Of a DNA stretch of 64,000 nucleotides, positions 26,954 through 40,243 are shown in pieces. Below the pieces are notes generated by a model that worked only from the letters and a program-made list of their open reading frames with translations, made no database searches and was not told where the DNA came from. This DNA is from Bugula neritina (lineage: Eukaryota; Animalia; Bryozoa): positions 6,706,698 to 6,770,697 of the forward strand of contig OZ037765.1 of the NCBI GenBank assembly GCA_964035545.1. The letters are read 5' to 3'. Made by a program: the position numbers and the translations under genes. Numbering within the stretch: the stretch's first letter is position 1; each line of letters opens with the position of its first letter.

Positions 26954-29900
26954 TCACAGCTCATGTACTCATGTAATTTATATAATTCAGAAATAATTGA
27001 CGCTAGAATTTATCATTTTTATTTTATGTTGAAAAATACAACTCATTAAATTTTGAAGACCAAAGTTTAATTCAATTTCCTAAATAATTAGACAGATTTT
27101 GAATTATGTTTTGGCAGTACTGGTACTGTCCAAGAAGCTGTAACAGGTGTAATTGGTCAATTTTTGAATGTTTCTGCATTTCTTGGTGAGTGGAGTTTGT
27201 CTAAGCAAGTTGCTCTCAAACTGGTTTCTGCAATTTATCCTATGACAATTTTTTTAGTTTTCAACAAGTTTTTAGCGGACTTTCAAATAATATTTGCTTT
27301 ACTACGCAAAATATTTTATCATTGCACTTTATAAATATATATAGAGACATTTACCAGATCAAATTCTGATTATGAATTTTTAGTCTAAAGCAGATATGCA
27401 GACTGAATTCCGAATATGAATATTGCACCATATTTCACTTGTTTCTGTTATTTTCAGCTATGGCTACTATGTATGTTAGATTCAAGTTGGTTGAAGCGTT
27501 TAGTAATGACGACAGGAGCCTTAGGATATTGAATAAAGTGGCTCTGTTTATGGGTGCCCTGTCTAGTCTGGGCGTGTCTTTAGTAGCCAACTTTCAGGTG
27601 AGCTGCCGTTAAAGATACAGGAAGTTAATAACTGTACATTTATTTAGTATAACTCTCTGAGCTATAATTAGTAGCAATAAAAATTTTTTTTGAACAGATT
27701 TTATAAGATTTATCAGTTTTTCTCAGTTACTCCAAGTAGTATATATATATACATTTTTATTATACATTTTGGCTAACTTTGAAAACCCTTGAACATAAGG
27801 TGTGTTCTTGTCGAATATAAATTGCTTGGTGAATGAATTAATAGTTTTAATTTATGACTTTGGATAAAGACACAAATTGTCATTGGCCTAATATATTACA
27901 GAGCACTTCCGTTGTAAGTGTATCTATGACTGGTGAATTTATGGCTTTTGGTATTGGAGTTGTCTACTGTTTCCTGCACACTGTTATCACCAGAAAAATG
28001 TATCCAATGTACAATAATAGGAGAATTTGGCTCGTCAGACTTTTTATTTCTGTACTTGTGCTCTTGTCTTTCATACTCAGTAAGTTAATTTTATACTTGA
28101 ATATTTTCACTTTATAGTGATAAGGTTTTGCAACAATTAATTTGTAATAAAAAAGATTACAATGTACACTACTAAGTTGGAAATTATGTCACTGCTAAGA
28201 TTGTAATTTAAGCATTTTTCTAATTTATTTTAATTACTAATTTGATTTCAACAAAACACACCTTATTCAAACCAGAGGAATCAACTCTGTAGCCTGAGAA
28301 CTAAAGACCCTCTCAAGGGGATGTTTTATGCAGCAACTACAGGTCAACAGGCTAGACCTATAGAGAGTGATAATAATATCATAAGCTAATTTATTTTTAT
28401 TAGTTTCAGACTAAACTACTTCTTACAGTAAGTCTTCAAATTAATTTAATTTTATTAAATTATGAAATTATTTATTAGTGTTTATTTATTAAAATTCACT
28501 GTTGTTTGGGAGATTTAATATCACTTGATTATTGTGTTGTTATTTTTAACCTTTCTGTTTTTCACTGAGTTATAACTTTATTGATTAATATTGATAAAAA
28601 AATACTTTAATATAGTAGCTTTTAGAGTCTAGAGTCTAGACCTAAAGCTGCAATTTTAGTTTCTTTTGTTTAAGTTGCTCAATGTTTGTGTAGGGAAAAT
28701 TTTATGTATAATAACTTAGAATTGTCTTTTTGGTTTTTCTACTTTTAATATAATAATTTTGTGCAATCGTGTAAGCCGATCTCAGCCGAAAATCGAAAAA
28801 AAAGACGATGTCGGAAATGCCGATTGTGTTTAGAACGTCCTATCAGGTATGTTGGCAATTCCGACATCTCTCGGAACCCTTGATTTTTGGACTTGATCGG
28901 CAGAAGTTTCTAGAAGGGACTTTTTCCCCAATATATAAGGAGATGAGCTCACAGAGTAGATCAGTCTACCACTGGAGCTTGCAGGATACAGACACACACA
29001 CATACACCCTTATACCTTACAATAAAGATTACTTCACTCGGAACTATCAACCTACCTTGTTTCTTACATCTCGGAGTTATGCTCCCCACTGAATTGCATT
29101 CTACCCACAAAACTACTACACTTGTAGCACCAATTTATATTTATGTGAACTGTCAAACAAAAGTTATATCTATTGACGTGACCAAGTACTTTCGAGTCAC
29201 TTAAAGTTAGCTTGAGTTGATTCAGTTCATTGGTTGACTTAATTTGACTTAACTTTTTTGTCTAGACTATGATTCAACTTACCTTCACTTATTTTGTACT
29301 TGTGACTGATAGATTTGTTCATATATAGAGGCATGTGTGTACTAATATTAGACTATTATTAGGAATATGAATAAATTTTTAAAACAGCCAGGCGTTGGAG
29401 TTTTAAAGTTCTACATATTTTTTATCTAGTATTTAATTTATCAACCTATGCTTATTAATATTTAAAATATGGCATGTCACATATACCAAACTATGGTTAT
29501 TTTATAAGCTAAATTTCCTGGTTTGAATTATTCAAGTTTCACTGCATTCTGTGTAAACTGTATATAGCTTTGCAAATGAAGTTGATGTTTTGTTGCAGCT
29601 GCTGTATTTGTAATTATTGCGAGTGCACAAACTGGAAGTATTACTCAAAATATTGGTTCCAAGAATTGGAATGCAACAGGACTTGTGAGTTCTATTATTT
29701 TATAATTATTCGCTATATTATAAAGAAAAATAATTTTACCAATTTGATATCTCTGCTAAACAATTTCAGTAATTTTAGTTTAAATATTTATTAATCTTTT
29801 TTTTTAAATGGCGCTATTCATAGTAGTTACAAGTATCACTAGTATAAGGAAAATGAATTCTTAATAACAATTCGTATTGTCCTATTCCATTATTGTGTAT

Positions 29901-31210
29901 TGGTGAACTGCTGTTAAATAAAGAGTTGTCATCTCACTGAAACTCCTAAGTAGTCACAGCCCCAGTGAAACATTTTTAGTGATAAACACAGCTATGAAAA
30001 TTTTTAACAGACATTTCCTTTCTGCTGGCTTGTTTTCCTATCTGAGTTGGATCGGGATTATTTACTAAATATTTTAAAAGAATTTTGTCCAAGTTGAAAG
30101 TAAAAATTCAAATGGAAAATTGAGTGAAATAATATACAAAGGAGTTGTGTTATCTTTTAATTGCCTGCATGACTGAAATTGTAAACAGTTGTAATTAAAC
30201 TATACTTCATACAGCAGGAGTAGTTTGTGTAACAATCCTACTCTACCAGATACCTGTGTGCAACTCTTATCACTTCTCTTACTAATGGAAGAAATATGCA
30301 TATAATTACTTCCCCTTCCATGTAATGTCAATTTGGCTGTAAAATATGATGTAATAATGTCGTACTATATACCCTGAAAACCCAAGTAAAATGTTGTAAA
30401 TTCTAAATGTGTAAATTCTAAATGTGTAAATTCTAAATGTGTAAATGTAAATTCTATAATGTGCAATTATTAACTATAATGTAATTGTAGATTTATATTT
30501 TTCACAGACATAGCTTTGTGCTGTATTTATTTATTTTAAAGTAAAACATTCCCTAACCATTTTAAACTGCCTGGCTGAATAGTCTCCTTTATAACCAACA
30601 TTTCTCACCATGTTATATGTTGACTGCAACTCTTCTCTTTATACTCTAGACTTTATATACGCTAGAGTCTAGAACTAATACTTTCTGTATGTAAACTGTA
30701 ATACTGACACTTTATAAAATATGAGTTCTGGCAAATAAATGGTATATGATTTATTACAATCTTACATCAATAAATTTATACCTGTGTATAGGTGTATATA
30801 TAACTGCGTGAGTAAACTTGCGTGAGTATATATATATACATGAAAAGTATGGTGAGCAGTAAGTTTGGTGGGATATCTGTAGACAGGATAACATTATTTT
30901 ATAAACCTTTATTATACTCATAAACACTGCTATTGGTGAATTATTTCAAGTATTTACCCATGATATCTGATATTTATATGCCATGTACATGTATAGCACT
31001 TATATTATTCAGGGGTTTGACGAGCACATTGTGAGCATATCGAGTGATATGGTGTTGCATATAGCTTTCCTCTCTTTTTTCCTCACTTATGTCAAAGATT
31101 TCCAGAGAATGACAATAAAAATTTTACCAGAACTGCTGGTCTCACACTTGGATGAAACCCCCATAGTGTTCAACTCAGGGCCTACTGAGCAAACTGGCCT
31201 ACTGGCCTAA
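26566..31210 (+). CDS. DRAM-like copy 2, 256 aa, divergent luminal face
   Basis: Exons 26566-26666, 27118-27185, 27458-27597, 27902-28079, 29599-29684, 31013-31210 in frame, no stops. SDTG>STGT, VH>VS, EW>DM; tail EQTGLL. Confidence 0.85.
26800..26950. repeat. (TA)n microsatellite
   Basis: Long TA tract in the first coding intron of copy 2; source of the YIYIYI ORFs. Confidence 0.95.
28689..29120 (+). mobile_element. Solo LTR (432 bp, 4-bp TSD, Ty3/gypsy-like)
   Basis: TGTAG...CTACA termini; flanks tttg/cttg (cttg/cttg in the copy-4 relic); TATA-like tatataa ~28932 and AATAAA at 29021; empty site ctcaatgcttgtagct at ~22561 in copy 1. Confidence 0.85.
30395..30460 (+). repeat. 15-bp tandem repeat (tgtaaattctaaatg), 3-4 copies
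   Basis: Direct repeats in the last intron of copy 2; single copy at the equivalent site in copy 3. Confidence 0.8.
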
Positions 31211-32457
31211 GCTCACTCTTTTATGCTCTTATATTTGTGACTTTAAAGCAAGAAACCAACATTATACTTTCCTTTAACTTGTGATCAAATGCTATTTTTC
31301 TTTTATTGTAATTATGTGAATGTGTTTATATATTATTGCACGAAGTCTATTCATTGAAGTATGCTGGTGATGTTTTTTCTAGCACACCATTTAAAATTTT
31401 GCTATTACTGAACTAAGAAAGTTCTGATTTAGATATCTTCATAATTGTAAGGTGGGAACAAGAAAAGCAAATGAGCAAAATATACCCAATCATTGCCAAA
31501 CCATGCACTCTGAAGATTTTGCTCTCTTTAACCCATTTGAAATGAAAAGTTGAATTGGTTGTTGGAGAATACAGCAACCATCTGAGTTTTATATTTATAT
31601 AGTTTATCATGAGGTTAGATAGCAACTTACAAGTTATATTGATTATATGCTTGAGCGGATTTGAATTGTCTCCCTTTGATGTTTAGCCTTGAATCTTGAA
31701 AGACGTTAGTGCATATAGCTGGATGCCCTCCATTTGCATTTGTTATAGCTTTTGAAAAATGAAGGGTCTATGCACTGAACTGGAAAAATATTTTGAGCTC
31801 AGTGGGTCTATGCAATAAACTAAAACTTCCTCATAATTCAATGGGTTTTTGTGCATGCATAATACAAGTAAATTGATCAGCTGTGTTTATGACTAATTCC
31901 TAGTCACATGAGCCATAAGGAATTGTTTCTGTATATTGGGGGGTAAATATTACAGCATTTCAGTAGCAGAAGTCAGAATTGAAGTGTGCTCTCTAACTGA
32001 AACAGATTTCTTGCATTCAACAGTTTTTCTTGCCATTTTGTAAAACATACATTCTAGATTTAATATTCATTTACATATAATATCAAACCATTATTTTAAG
32101 TCTCGTTTTTTCTGTTGACACTCACATTGTGATTGAATCTAAGTTCTGGTGTTGTTATTTGTATTCACGGTGGAGATTGATATCATATGCCAGCGGGCTG
32201 GATATAAAGTATAACCTGTGATAGGCTGATCCATTTTACTGGTAGGTTATCTTATCTAAACATTTCAAGTATGCATCTTATTGTTACTTAATGTTTGTTT
32301 GTAAATTTTCCCTCTAGGATTTCAATTTATAGTTGAAATTAAAGTTTTCATATTTATGTTTCAACAGCTGGGAACAACAAAAGAAAACATACTACATTTG
32401 TTAACATTGGTCAGTTATTATACCAAATACAGCTACAATAAGTTTATTTGCCTATTC

Positions 32458-32695
32458 CAGGGGTGGGCAACTAGGGGCCCCAGGGTCACCTGTGGCCCTT
32501 TGCCTACTTTTCAGTGGCCCTTTTGATGCTTAAGATAAGCAAACATGTTATATCTATTCTGATTAGCACAGTACAAGTTTAGTAATAAATTACTTTATTA
32601 TAATCAGATTTAATATAATATGTAAAATCATGTGGCCCTTTGTTTTGGCTGACCTCTGAACTTGGCCGTCATGCAAAAGAAGTTGCCCACTCCTG
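32458..32695. mobile_element. hAT-type MITE (duplicated with the unit)
   Basis: TIRs caggggtgggcaac / gttgcccactcctg; TSD gcctattc/gcctactc. Confidence 0.85.
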
Positions 32696-33342
32696 GCCTA
32701 CTCTATTTACTAATTTTCATTAAACTTTAAATAAAATATTTAGGTTTGAGCTTATATACAATAATTGGTATATTATCATTTAAACTGAGCTTTTTTAAAG
32801 CTTTTGAAATTACAAAACTAAAAATCAGCAACGTGGTTACATCCTAGAGCTGTACCCAAATTGAAAAACCTGAATTATCACATGAGACTATTGCGTCTTT
32901 CTTTGCAAGTTCTATTTATATTAATTATATTAATAAACACACGATGTACCCAAACTGTTAACAAAGTTTACTCAGACTAACAACAGAAGTGAACTTACTA
33001 AAATTTAGTCATGTTACATTAGCAGAGAATAGCAAAGATGCATGATTACATGGTATTTTTTCAGGCAGCCCTAATATAGAAAACCTGTATTGTTCTAAGC
33101 ATCATATATGAAATTTTTGATACTGTATTATTAATTATACAAATCTGCTGCTGTGTTTTGTAGATTGTCTCTATTTAATTAACATTCACATACTGTTAAA
33201 ATCTTTAACTTATGTTCTAAAAAGTAGCAAGTTAGGCTTTACCAGTATATGAATATCAAATAGTGCTGAGATTACACCGCACACTAACTACTAACATCGA
33301 TTACTGGTTGTAGAAAAGAGAGGAAATCACCTATATGAGAAA

Positions 33343-34232
33343 ATGAGATCTGCACTGTGTTGGTTACCAATACTTCTTGCTATAGTGACAGCTATTAGCT
33401 TCCTTATGTCATATGTCTTTGGTCAAGGGGAAATGTTTTCATTTTGGCCCTCTATCAGGTATGAACATAGTATCCCCCTGTTCACACATTGCCGCATCGT
33501 AAACCGTAACAGCACAAAAAAAATGGCGCTGCTGTTACATTTTGTCAACGGGCGTTCACACATTGACGTAAAAGTACAACGCATGATGTTGAGTTGTGAC
33601 CAATCATAATGAGGTTAATTCTTGCCTGCGGTGATTTGAATGCTTTTGAATTTTATTTACAAATCATTCGCAACATTCTTTTCAAAAGATGTTATATAAA
33701 TGCTGTTTACTAAATAAAAGCAAGTACATGAAAAGAATCTCTCTTTTAAATATATTCGTTTTTAAAATAATTGTACAAACTAATTTAAATAATGAATATT
33801 GAAGTCGCCCAAATCAGTTTTAAGTTTTAGGTTTGCGTGCTTTTGTGATTAGGGAAAGCTAGATTTTTAAGCTGAGTTTAATTCAAACAAGCCAGATAAA
33901 GATTTTTTAATTCTTTAAAGCTTTTGAATTAGTTAAATTGAATCAACAATAAGTGATCAAAATAAACTAGCGAAAATGTTCTTTAACTTTTAGTACTAGA
34001 TCGACTCTAGCCAATGGGAGCCCGCCGTGATTTTTCGAATCAAGCACTGCTTGATCAACGCCGCAGCAGCGTATACCGGGCTACGATTCAGGCCGGATGT
34101 TATCAAAGATGGCGGATATTTGCTGTTGCGGCGTACGGTGCGGCAATGTGTGAACAGGGGGTTAGATTGTAAAGTATATAGTGTGTGCTTGTATATAAAT
34201 CTATAAATACATACATTTATATATGTCCATAT

Positions 34233-34286
<54 letters not shown>

Positions 34287-36176
34287 AATATATAAAGGAT
34301 AAATAAGGCCATAACTCCAAAACTAGCTTTGAATATTTGGACAAATACTTCCGAGGTAATTAAATGGTTCACAAATTTAGATAACAACAAATGCTTATCT
34401 TTTATTGTATTTGACATTGTCGACTTTTATCCATCAATAGCTAATAAATTACTCCACACTGCAATTGATTTCGCAGCAGAGCATACCACCATAACAGACA
34501 CAGACCGCACCGTGATTTTCCATGCCAGAAAAATGTTGTTATACCATTCCGGCCAACCCTGGAGTAAAAAATGTGGCTCATTATTTGACATTACAATGGG
34601 CAGCTATGACGGTGCAGAATGTTGCACTCTGGTCGGCATATTTTTACTATATAAAATCAACCAGAAGTTTGGAAATACCTTCGGTCTATACCGTGATGAC
34701 GGTCTAGGAGTAATCAACGACACTGCAAAAAATATAGATAGAATTAAAAAATCAATCTGCAAAATTTTCCAAAAACATAATCTAAATATCACCATTGAAG
34801 TAAACAAAAAAGTCGTCAACTATCTAGATATAAATTTTGACATTAGCAAAAGAACACACAAACCCCATGTAAAACCTAACAGCGAAATCCTATATGTAAA
34901 CTCCAAATCCAACCATCCACCCCATATCACAAGAAACATTCCACATGCCATAAACAACAGGGGCTCTCCAATCTCTCATTTAACGAAGAAGTCTTCAGTC
35001 AAACAACAAAAATACACCAAGAAGCTCTAAGTAAAAGTGGATACACACATAACCTAACATTCCAGCCAACACACACCACTAGCAGACCAAAAAGAGAAAG
35101 ACGACGAAACATCACATGGTATAACCCCCCATTCTCCAAAAGTGTAACAAGCAACCTGGGAAAACAATTTTTTAAAATCCTGGAGGAAGAAATACCCAAA
35201 GATCACAAACTCTACAAAATTTTCAACAAAAACAACATAAAACTCAGTTACAGCTGCTGCAGAAATTTAAACAACATAATCAACAGCCACAATAAAAGAT
35301 TACTCAACCCAGCAAACCAACCTCCTCGAGAATGTAACTGCAGAAACAGCACAGTGTGCCCACTAGATGGAAAATGTCTCACAATTAGTGCATCATATAC
35401 CAAGCTACAGTTACAACCAAAGATGGCAGCCAACCCCAGACTTACGTGGGAACATCAGAAACAGAATTCAAAGCCAGATTGTATAACCACAAATCAACTT
35501 TTAACAACAAAACAAAAAAGAACCATACTGAATTGAGCAAATATATCTGGAAACTAAAAGACAAGAACACCCATTTTGACATAACATGGAAAATTATGAA
35601 AAAGACCAACTCATACAACAAAGTCACTAAAAGGTGCAACCTCTGCCTATGGGAAAAATATTTCATAATATACCAGCCCAGCAAATCTTCCCTTAATAAC
35701 AGAAATGAGATTCTATCCACATGCAGACATGCGCGTAAGCACTACCTGGGCAACATCACATAACAATACTAACAATTCTCAACCATAGTACTACCTATTA
35801 TAAATTACCCTTTCCATCAAACATCTAGCTTTTATAGTCTAATCCTTTAGAAAAAGAGCAATTTAATTAATTAATAGATAACACCAAATCCACTACTATG
35901 TTTGCATTTCGTTTTACGTTGTGTTTAGCATGATAGTTTTCTTTATGTAAAAATTTGAATAATCGGTATGCTTCATAGATTTTATTTATTTTTAGTCTAA
36001 CACCTGACGAGTGCAGTTTACTGTACGAAACTATATAGTCGTGTGAGATTTTTTAAATAAAAAAATATATATGTATCATTAACAATCTGAACACACTACA
36101 TTATATTAGCTCTGTCACCCGTGATATCGAGCACTTTACTTCGTTGGAACTCCAACTAGATTGACAATCAGCATAC

Positions 36177-36257
<81 letters not shown>

Positions 36258-39200
36258 GATGGTAAAAGGTATTGTTATATCCTTTTGAACAATACAATTC
36301 ATTAAATTTTGATGACCAACGTTTAATGCAATTTCCTATATTATTGGGCAGATTTTAAATTATGTTTTAGTGATACTGCTGGTCAAGAAACTGAAAGATG
36401 TTTATTTGGTCAATTCTTAAATTTTTCAGCTTTTCTTGGTGAGTAGAGTTTGTCTAAGCAAGTCATCCTCATTTCAACTGATTTCTGTAATTTATCATGA
36501 CAGCTTTTTAGTCCATACAATATTTTAGCAAGTTTCTATAGCTGATTTTCAAGTAACATTTCCTTCACTGTGTAAAATATTTAAATGTTACGCTCCATAA
36601 ATATATAAATATTTTCCAGAAAGGACTTTTAGCACAGATTGTTAATATCTAAAAAAAATGCAGATTTAATTACGAATTGCATCATGAACAATGCATCATA
36701 CTTCACTTGTTTCTGTTATTTCCAGCTATGGCTACAATGTATGTTAGATTCAAGTTGGTTGAAGCATTTAATAATTATGACAGAAGCCTTAGGATATTGA
36801 ATAAAGTGGCTCTGCTTATGGGTGCTTTGTCTAGTCTGGGCCTATCTTTAGTAGCCAACTTTCAGGTGAGCTGCCGTCTCACTTACAGATCGATGTGCTT
36901 CACTTCTTACAAGCAAATAGGAAGTTTACAACTGTAAATTTATTTCTTAGAACTATCTGAGCATTTAATGAAAGATTTACTACAACACATTTCATAAAAC
37001 TATAAGCATTGCTCAGTTATTCCAAATAATAATGCATTCATATTTTACAATTTGGCTACTTTTAGAAGCTCTTTAAGATAAAAGGTAGTCTTGTAAATAA
37101 ATTGTTTGGTGAATGAATTAATATTTTTAATGTATGACTTTGAATAAAGACACAAATGGCAATGCTACTAATATATTACAGGACATCTACGTTGTAAGTG
37201 TATCTATGACTGGAGCATTTATGGCTTTTGGTATTGGAGTTGTCTACTGTTTCCTACACACTGCTATCACCAGAAAAATGTATCCAATGTACAATGGTAG
37301 GAGTATTTGGCTCCTCAGACTCTTTATTTCTGTACTTGGACTCTTGTCTTTGATACTCAGTAAGTTTATTTTTTACTTTATTCAAATCATTTCCTTATCA
37401 GGTGGTGGGCTTTTGCTTAACTCCCAAGTAAACCAAACTTTTCCATTTCACCCGATCACTTGTGATTCTGATTTAGATCTAGCCAGCGGAGGTCAGCTTT
37501 GATTGTCACTCTACTGTTGTTTCGATTGATTACGCCCTCTGCTTCCAGCTCATTTCATATACTCTCCTTATATTATCATCTCTCTCACATCGCCAAACAT
37601 AGCCATACCATTCCAGCCCCTTTTTTCTCAAGACATCTTTGATTGGCATAATATTGATGTTGCAAAAATTAATTTGTAGAAAAGAACATCAAGTTGCAAA
37701 TTAAATCACTGCTAAGGTTGTAGTTTACAGTTAGATGTAGGCTAACTTTTTTGTCATAAAAAAAACTTGTCGTTTCATTGGAGCTTTTATTTTCAATCTT
37801 CCATTTGCATAATTCTACATGTACAATATATATACATACATACAGTGTATACATATACAGTGCATACAGTGTTATAAATGAGGTTGATGTTTTGTTACAG
37901 TTGTTTTATTTGCAATTATTGCGAGTGTACAGGCCGGAAGTGTTGCTAAAGGTCTTGATTTCCCTAGAAGATTGAATGAGACAGGACCTGTAAGTTTTAT
38001 TATTATTATTTTATCATTATTTTGCTATTTTATGTTAATTTTATATCTCTCCTAAGCAATTTTAGTATTTTAATTTAAATAATCATTAATTATATCTAAG
38101 GTGCTTTTCACAGTAACAAGTAATATCAATATTATAAAAGAATTGATTCCTAATTTTTATAACAATTCATATTTTCCACTTCAATTATTACATATTAATA
38201 GCTAAGCAATTTGAGTAGTTTTAATTTGAGTAATTATTATTCCTTTTAAGATGCTTTTCACAGTAACAAGTATTGTTAATAATATAAAGAATATTAATTC
38301 TTAACAATTGTTTCCACTTTCATTATTATATATTAGTGAACTGCTGTTAAATAAAGAGTTGTCATCTCACTGAAACTCCCAAGTAGTCACAGACCCAGTG
38401 AAACATTTTTAGTGATAAACACATCTATGAAAATTTTTATCAGACATTTTCTCTCTGCTATCTTGTTTTTCTATCTGAGTTGGATCGGGATTATTTACTG
38501 AATATTTTACAAATATTTTGTCCAAGTTGAAAGGAGAAATTCAAATGAAAAATGAAATCAAATACCATATAATGGAGTTTCGTTTTCTTTCATTTGTCTG
38601 CTTGACTGAAATTGCAAACAGCTATAAATAGACTATTCTGCATACAGCAGGATGTAATTGCTTCCCTTTCCATGTAATGTCAATATGGCTGTTAAATATA
38701 TCCTAAAAACCCAAGCAAAATATTGTCAATGCTAAATGATATAATATATAGTATGCATTTCCGAGTTATATGTTATTTATACTTTTCACAGACATAGTTT
38801 TGTGCTGTATTTATTTATTTTAAAGTAAAACATTCACTAACCATTTTGAACTGCCTGGCTGAATAGTCTCCTTTATAACCAACATTTCTCACCATGTTAT
38901 ATGTTGACTGCAACTCCTCTCTTTATACTCTAGACTTTATACGCTAGAGTCTAGAACTATTACTTTCTGTATGTAAACTGTAATAAAAACTCACGCAAGT
39001 TTATAGTCACTATCCCTGTGAGAAACCCCTGATGGAAAGGGTTTTTGCTAGAACGGGCTAAGGACTTGTTTAAATGAGGCACAGGAGCAATTATGACTGG
39101 ATGCTCTTCCTAACATCACCAATGGCCTTTGTCGGGGTTCGAACCCACAACTTCGTGTTCACAAAGCGAACGCTTTAGCCCCTAGACCACGGCTGCTCCT

Positions 39201-40243
39201 GTATGTAAACTGTAATACTGACACTTTATAAAATATGAGTTCTGGCAAATAAATGGTATATGATTTATTGCAATCTTACATCAATGAATAGCTGGAAAGT
39301 TTGGTGAGCAGTGAGTTTGCTGAGATGTCTGTGACAGCCGATACTGCTTCCTGTGTCAGCTGATAATTGTTACTGAGTCAGCACGGATGCCTATGTATTG
39401 TGATTCATTTAATGAAGGGTTAATGGATAGAGGACACAGATGCAGGCCACAACTTTGATTTTTGTCTATTGCCAACAGTATATTTTCTAAGTTAGACTAA
39501 ACTTGAGCTCACATTCAGACTTAGACTCATATTCATACTTGAACTCAAACTCGAACTTGAACTCATACTCGAACTGATACTCATACTGTAACCTATAACC
39601 ATGAAAATTACAAACATATTGTTAACTTAACACTAATTACATAGCTGACAAAACATTTATTTAATGAAGTTCAAAACAAACGACAATATAATACTTGATA
39701 CTTACAATTATTTTGACAATTGAGTATAGATTGCCTGCATCCTTAGCAGGAGGAAAATTGAGCTACACTGACTCTTGAATAAAAATAGCTAGCAAATAGC
39801 TATAGCGAAAGCTTTCACAAATAGCTTTCGCTACACATTGGTTTTTGGAAAGCTGCCAAAAAACTCCTGCAACAATGTCTGTACAGGGGGAGGGGAGGTG
39901 GGGATAATGTTATTTTATAAAGCAATATTTTACCCATCAACAATGTTGTTGGTGAATTATTTTGAGTATTTTCTCATGGTGTCTGATATCTATATATGCC
40001 ATGTACATGTATATGCCGTGGCCATATAGTGCTTATATTATTCAGGAGCTTGGGGAACAAACAGTCAGTGGATTGAGTGAATGGATGATAGTCTTAGTTT
40101 TTCTCTCTTTCTTCCTCACTTATGTCAAGGATTTCCAGAGAATGACAATAAAGATTTTACCAGAACTGCTGGTCTCACACTTGGATGAAACCCCCATAGT
40201 GTTCAACTCAGGGCCTACTGAACGTACTGGCCTACTGGCCTAA
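33343..40243 (+). CDS. DRAM-like copy 3, 262 aa
   Basis: Exons 33343-33458, 36371-36438, 36726-36865, 37182-37359, 37901-37989, 40046-40243 in frame. PYISDTG>PSISDTA, PES>TER, VH>VS, EH>EQ; SEW and ERTGLL kept. Confidence 0.87.
33474..34161. mobile_element. Non-autonomous TIR element (MITE), PIF/Harbinger-like termini
   Basis: ~41-bp TIRs ccccctgttcacacattgccgca.../...tgcggcaatgtgtgaacaggggg with 4 mismatches; absent from copies 1, 2 and 4; TSD ambiguous. Confidence 0.85.
34283..36177 (+). mobile_element. 5'-truncated Penelope-like retroelement (RT plus C-terminal GIY-YIG endonuclease, pLTR), frameshifted
   Basis: RT motifs FDIVDFYPSI, MGSYDGAE, GLYRDDGL, YLDI, SNHPP; linker WYNPPFS, KLSYSC, CNC...CPLDGKCL; endonuclease IIY...YVG...FKARLYNH...CNLCLWEK...LNNRNE...CRH. 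Frameshifts at ~34961 and ~35388; stop 35763; both ends lie in (TA)n. Confidence 0.93.
36000..36044 (+). ncRNA. Type I hammerhead ribozyme in the Penelope pLTR
   Basis: acac-CUGACGA-gugcag(uuua)cuguac-GAAA-cuauauag-UC-gugu: complete core, 6-bp stem II, palindromic stem III, GUC cleavage triplet, 4-bp stem I. Confidence 0.88.
36178..36251. repeat. (TA)n microsatellite flanking the Penelope element (partner tract 34235-34282)
   Basis: Direct observation. Confidence 0.95.
37385..37645 (-). mobile_element. 3' fragment of an RTE-like LINE
   Basis: Insertion absent from other copies. Minus-strand translation LRKKGLEWYGYVWR...IRRVYEM, IKADLRWLDL, DRVKWKSLV resembles the RTE ORF C-terminus (RLxWxGHV...DRxxWR). 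Confidence 0.7.
38986..39199 (-). mobile_element. Full-length tRNA-derived SINE with 18-bp TSD
   Basis: A box tggtctagggg, B box ggttcgaaccc; perfect TSD tgtatgtaaactgtaata (38968-38985, 39200-39217); single-copy empty site at ~30686 in copy 2. Confidence 0.93.
39330..39874. mobile_element. Solo LTR (545 bp, 5-bp TSD)
   Basis: TGTGACAG...CTGCAACA termini; TSD atgtc at 39325-39329 and 39875-39879; internal (gaactc)n-like repeats; absent in other copies. Confidence 0.75.

Noticed and set aside
26663-27049. Several ORFs rich in YIYIYI
   Set aside because: Translations of a (TA)n microsatellite in an intron.
28808-29092. 94-aa ORF
   Set aside because: Lies within a solo LTR; no recognisable protein motif.
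39125-39199. tRNA gene
   Set aside because: A and B boxes are present, but the acceptor and anticodon stems do not pair properly and it continues into a repeated SINE body with TSDs.
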